Source of the DNA: Vitrella brassicaformis CCMP3155
Taxonomy: Eukaryota; Protista; Chromerida
Assembly (NCBI GenBank): GCA_001179505.1
Contig: CDMY01000470.1
Span: 1-64,000, forward strand
Direction: 5' to 3'
Length of the DNA: 64,000 bases
Shown here: positions 58,920-64,000 of the stretch, one piece after another
Numbering within the stretch: the first letter of the stretch is position 1
How the letters are laid out: each line of letters starts with the position of its first letter
The notes under the pieces: model-generated
Databases searched by the model: none
Seen by the model: only the letters and a program-made list of their open reading frames with translations
What the model was told of the DNA's origin: nothing
Made by a program: the position numbers and the translations under genes

Positions 58920-61200
58920 GGGGGTGGGAAGAATGTCCATGTATGTTGTATGTACACGAATGTGTGAGCGTGTGTGTGTGAAGCTCGAGTGTCGTGTATA
59001 GACAGATAGGGGGATAGATGGAATGAACGAATGGGCGACCGGCAGGGGGGAGGGGGAGGGGGCTTTTTCAAGTGGCTGTGCGCGCCTCTTTTTCCGTCTA
59101 TACGGTCCGTCTATACGGTCTGTCGCGTGTTGGGGCTGGATGGATGGATGTGGTGTCGGGTGTTTGTTCCACTTTGCTGGTATCGTACTCCAACAATTAG
59201 TGACGTGTGTGTGTGTTGCAACCTAACGCTCATGTGTCTGTGTCTGCATGAAAGAAAGCGTGTAGAGCTGTCTTGTCTTGGCTGGCCGCATTCGTACACA
59301 CATCCGTCAATATACCCACCCATATATTCACTTGTATATCCACTCGCTGCCCCTGCTCACACCTGCCCACCACTTCCACTCACTCAGTTTCTTCTCTCCC
59401 GCCCAGTCAGGTTGGTGCGCGCGTGGCCGTCTGCCTGTCTGTCCGCCGGTCGGCCGCTGTCAGTATCCTGTGAATAGGCGAGCGATCGGTGGATGGTTGG
59501 ATGGATGGCTGTCTGCCTGTGTGTGTGTGTGTGTGTGTGTGTCTGTGCGAGAGAGAGGAGAGGAGAGGAGGGGAGGGGACTGACCACCGAGGTGCTCGCA
59601 TTCGTACCGCGACACCTCACAGCCAGGCCTTTTGCGCTGAGTGCACAGATGACAGGATCCATCCACCATCCATCCGCCTGCCTGCCTACCCTTGCTGCCG
59701 ACCGACCCTCTCCCGACTCTCCAATTGCCATCTTTGTCAAGACAGACAGACGGACAGACGGACAAAGACCGACTCCTCTCTCCCTGCTTGTGACCATTGA
59801 CTGCTTTGTGTGTATGGAATGCTTCGTCTGCCAAAGGCAGACATACACTGTATGTAAGATACAGATGATGAGATGATACCACTACTGTAGAGGACAGGCA
59901 CACAGACAGACCACCTCACCAAATGCTGAGCTGCTGGGGAGCAAATACGACGGACAGACAGACAGGAAGGACTGGCGGGGATGGGTGGGTGGATGGATGG
60001 ATGGATGTGTCTACCTCTTTCAAGGTCTGGCTGGCGCTGCCCTGACTGAACACGAAAGCTCTGTCTGGCACAGTCAATGAGTTGGTGGCTGTGCCTTGTC
60101 ACCTCTCACCTCTCTCAACCTTATCTCTTCGATCTGTCAGCCAGCAGAAAGACACCCATGCTAGAAAGGAAGGGCAGCGAGTCGGCGGCCGTGCGGCACA
60201 CACATGAGTCTCGTACTGTGATGTGTGGTGTCGCCCTGCAGTGCTTCCACGTTCAAGGCACGCGAGCTGGAGGCAACAGGGGGGGCCGGCTGGCGGTCTG
60301 GCATCACGTCAGGCGTGCAGCTGGTGTCCCCGGCCGCCACGGAGGGCAGGAGAGGAGCGGAGGGCTGGATGCATCGCATGATGGAGCGAGCGAGTGGATG
60401 GCCATGGGCGTGTTGTGTGGATGGCTGATGGCTCTGTGTACCTATGTATCACTCACTGCTTCCTTCTATCCTTTCCCTGCTTTGCCTGCCTTCAACCACC
60501 GCACATGGATACATACGTAAGCATGGCGAGTGAGTGAGGAGATAAGAGCAGAGAGAGAGGGAGTGGAGTCGGCGAGCGAGCGATGCAGAGAGGAGCGCAC
60601 CCATCCATCCATCCATCCGTGTGCGCATCGTGGTGTGTGTGTGTGTGTATGTGTGTGTGTTGTGTCGGTGCGCGCTGGATAGTCGATCTGGCGTGGTGTC
60701 GTTGGTGTACAGACAGGAAAGAAAAGGTGCACACCTGTGTGTAGCTTTTGCTAACTCACTCGCCGTGTCTGTCTGTCTGTCTGTCTGTGTCGCCACTGTC
60801 GAATTCACTCACCCATTGTATCTGATCGATCAGATTTTGGCAGGCAGTGTGCATGCGTCTGGCCATGAGTGTAGGAAGATAGAGTGCACGCATGAGTGGC
60901 ATGACCTTACCTTGGTTGGCCGATCGATGGATTGGTGGATGGATGGATGGATGCAGTTTTGGAGGCGATGAAATAAATGATTGGTGTCAGTCGGTTTTGC
61001 TCGCGAGATCGAGGTGGAGAGCCTGCAGACAGAGAGCACAGTGAACTGTCCGCACAGATGGACCGAGACACGTACCTGCACACAGACAGAGTGACAATGA
61101 GTGAGTGGAGTGCATTGCATGAGCGCGTCAGTCACTTTTTGAAATGCAGTCGGTCCGTCGATCGATCTCCGTACGTATACGCACACATCGATCATGTCAT
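58920..61200. repeat. Microsatellite-rich 3'UTR/intergenic region ((GT)n, (TGGA)n, (TGTC)n, (GAGAG)n)
   Basis: Dense simple repeats with no convincing coding frame. Confidence 0.65.
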
Positions 61201-61268
61201 GTGTGTACAGTACTCAAATCAATCACAGGCATTCATCGATCAATCACAGGCACTCAAGACCCACCAGC

Positions 61269-61501
61269 ATGATGAAGGCTGCCGCTGCGTGTCTGTGCCT
61301 CCTGCTGGTCTTGTGTGAGGGTCTGCTGCCGCCCCGCGCACAATACGGGCTGCTGACTCGGATTCGCCGCCGCAAGGCAGTTGGCAAGAAGGCCTTCTTT
61401 CCACCACTGACGCCTTGGATTGCCCGAACACTCAATCGAGCGTGCAAGACGCAATTCGGTCTGCCTGCAGCTAGAGACACAGAAATAATCAACGACCGAT
61501 G

Positions 61502-61562
<61 letters not shown>

Positions 61563-62219
61563 ATGTGTGTGTCAGGCTACGAAAGCACGTACGATGAGTA
61601 CTACCGGTATTGTTTGACTGGTGGATTCATCCCCTTAGTCAAGTTCCCTGTCGGTCCGTGAGATACAGACAGACAGACAGACGGACACGAAGACACATAC
61701 CTCAATCGATGTGTTGCTGTCCCTTTCAGTGTCTCGTGACACGATTGACGAGTTGACGGACGCCTGCAACGTCCAGGCCACAAAGCGACGCCTCACTGTG
61801 GATGTGAGCGGACGACGAACAGACACACCAACGTCAAGAGGCTCGATTGACATTCCTCCGTGTGTGACTGCATGCAGTACTACTTCGACACGCAGACGCA
61901 GACGTGCCGACCGGCACCGACGGGCGAAGAAACCAAGACGGCCGACTACGTCAAGACACTCCCACTCGATGTGCAGCAGGACCTCAACACCAAATGCCGC
62001 ACTCTCTTCGGCAGCCCGGTTGGTCATGACACACACAGGCACGTGGGATTGGTGGACGACGGCTGCGTTTCTGTTTTTGATGTGTGTGTCCAGTTTTTAC
62101 TTTTGGAGCACACAGCAGAACCAGTGCATGCACGCGTGAGCACACCAGTCCACACACATATTTCTGCGAGTGCGTCCAGAACTCGCCAGCAAGAGACATC
62201 AGCCCACATGGATGGATGA
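61269..62219 (+). CDS. Small secreted Cys-containing hypothetical protein (4-5 exons; C-terminus uncertain)
   Basis: The signal peptide is MMKAAAACLCLLLVLCEG. In-frame splicing gives ...RACKTQF...NDRCYESTYDEYYRYCLTGG...DACNV...LTVDYYFDTQTQTCRP...KCRTLFGSP. Confidence 0.6.
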
Positions 62220-62536
62220 CATAACCACTGCATCAGTTGAATTGCCATTGACGTCTCGCTACATGTCCATATCCTCCCTCCATCACCCCACATGACACGC
62301 CAAGTCGTGTCTCTTCACACAGTCCCCACGAACGCATGATTCGGTCAATCACGTACGACAGATATAAAACGTAAGCAGCGATACTGACAAAGACGGCCGC
62401 CTCCTCTAGTTCTCAAGACCCCCTCCGCCGACCCCACCTTGGCCACCAGCACCGTCATTGGCATTGTCATTGTCATGGTCATTGTCCTCTGTGTTAGGAT
62501 GCAGGTGTGGTATGCTGTTGTGCGGGAGGTAACTCA

Positions 62537-64000
62537 TCATGTGCGGCTGCAGGAGGTGTTGTGCGTCGGAGTCACACACGGCAGGTCGGTGTCGACGTGC
62601 TGTGGCTGCTGCTGCTGTGACTGCGGTGGCTCCTCCTCCTCGCCCTCATCATCGTCGTCCGCCCAGAAGTCGTCGTCATCGTCGCTGTCCTCCTCCACGA
62701 CCTCCTCGCGGGCGTCCACATCCTCCTCCACCAGCCAGCCTGCCCGTCGCCCCGCCTCCCCCTCCTCACAGTTCCCCTCTCCCGCCTCCACCTTGGCCAC
62801 CAGGACCGTGATGTCGTCCTCCTTAGCGCCCTGCCGGCACTCCTCGCCATTCGCCTCCCACATCTGCCGGAAGGGCGTGTCGAGCTTCTCCCTCTTGTTC
62901 TTGCTTTTGCGGTACGCCAGCCGCGCAAGGTGTGCGGCCAGCTTGTCGGCGGGCAGGCTCCGGAACGTCTGGAAGAAAAAGACGATCTCGTGGTGGAACA
63001 GGTTGTCGGTGACCCCGTCCGAGCAGGCGATAATGATATCGCCGCTCTCGACGGGGCACCGACACGCCTGAACCCCGATGGTCGCCTCTGACGCATCCTC
63101 AGCTTGGTGGTCCGTGCGGGTGAGCCGCTTGAGTAGGGCCGGTGGTGGTATTAGGATGTCGGCGGCCCGGCGGCGGGGGATGCGCTGCAGCTGGAAGGGA
63201 CAGTTGGGCTGGTTGCGGTGCTGCATCGGCTCCAGCGCGGCCACGATGATGGGAGGGCCGTGGTGGGGGAACCTGGACCTGACGGCCATTATGGTCGAGT
63301 CGCCGTATGCGGCGAGGTCCACACACGGCTGGCCCTCCTCGTCGTACGTGGCAGCGGCTATAGCTAGAACAACAGCTGACACACGAGCAAGCATTGTTCT
63401 GGGTTGTGCTATACGTACGTGTCTCTCCCTCTTGACTACCTGTTGGCGGACGGAATCCACAGCCTGGCGTAGCCCCCCGCCGCGGCAGTGCTCGTGTGAG
63501 GCTGAGCCGGTAAGAGATCACATGTCTGTCGGATATAAGATGTAGGCAGCCATCTGAGACACAAACCGAGAAACAAGTGCAAACTCTGAGACATACAGAC
63601 ATCGCCTTTTGCGTTCTAAGTCGTATGGTTACTTTGGCATGTTTCGGTCCACCGCAGTGTCGCCGTTATCGGCGAAGTCCACGCACAGCCGGCCGTCCTC
63701 GTCGTGCGTGGTGGCGGCTACGGCGATGGTGCTGGCGCCGGGCGGGCCGTGTCGGTCGGCGGCTGTCTTGGCCCATCCCTCTTCCACCAGCTTCTTGGCC
63801 CTGTTGGTGTGGGCGTCTTGGGGCGGTGGGGTGGCCATGGCAGCGCCCATGGTCTTGACGGTCAGTGCACGCGCAAAATCGCGTGCACTGACGTCGTATT
63901 TGTCGACGAAGCCTCTCACGCCGTCCGCCACCACCATGACGCCCGCCTCAGCCGAAATGCTGGCGGCGTCCTCACACGGCCCCTCTTGTCGTCGCTGGCC
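62537..64000 (-). pseudogene. PTC7-like PP2C phosphatase, copy C (5' end outside window; 1-nt insertion near 63635; acidic C-terminal tail)
   Basis: Motifs are VVADGVRGF, GPPGASTIAV, DNGDT, AYGDSTIM, CPFQLQ, GDIIIACSDGVTDNL and EDDITVLVAKV. The sequence aacatgccaaagtaa has one extra base relative to copy A (aacatccaaagtaa). Confidence 0.8.
63861..63892. repeat. Perfect 13-bp inverted repeat with 6-nt loop (GTCAGTGCACGCG-CAAAAT-CGCGTGCACTGAC) inside coding sequence
   Basis: Read directly. Confidence 0.95.

Noticed and set aside
1-64000. CRISPR array or prokaryotic defence system
   Set aside because: The sequence is intron-rich and eukaryotic. The repeats are microsatellites or gene duplications, with no regular repeat-spacer pattern or cas-like ORF.
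1-64000. rRNA, tRNA or snRNA genes
   Set aside because: No recognisable conserved motifs were found by eye. A covariance-model search would be needed to exclude them fully.

Overview
This is a eukaryotic, GC-rich, intron-dense window. The short (~50-130 nt) spliceosomal introns are full of (CA)n/(TG)n, (GA)n, (TCCA)n and (GACA)n microsatellites, a style consistent with a chromerid alveolate such as Vitrella (inference). It contains three 300-N scaffold gaps. Recognisable multi-exon genes are a PHD/extended-PHD zinc-finger protein, proteasome lid subunit RPN8, a TM-anchored PPR protein, a secreted histidine acid phosphatase, a TPR-SET-MYND (SMYD-like) protein and an NRF-6/acyltransferase-3 protein. 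Less certain calls are a helical-repeat organellar protein, an RGG protein, a small secreted Cys protein and several low-complexity hypotheticals. The most striking structure is a mosaic family of four PTC7-like PP2C phosphatase loci (about 20, 30, 50 and 63 kb). They sit among tandem and inverted duplications, swap segments with neighbouring genes, and each carries a different frame disruption. Other notable signals are a 5'-(CA)n/3'-(UG)n polarity in many introns, three AG|GCAAG GC-AG introns, a hairpin-centred insertion that can be spliced out in frame, and an apparently identical 1.18-kb gap-flanking duplicate that probably marks a scaffold misjoin. Exon boundaries were read by eye and are approximate. 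No rRNA, tRNA, CRISPR array or transposase was recognised.
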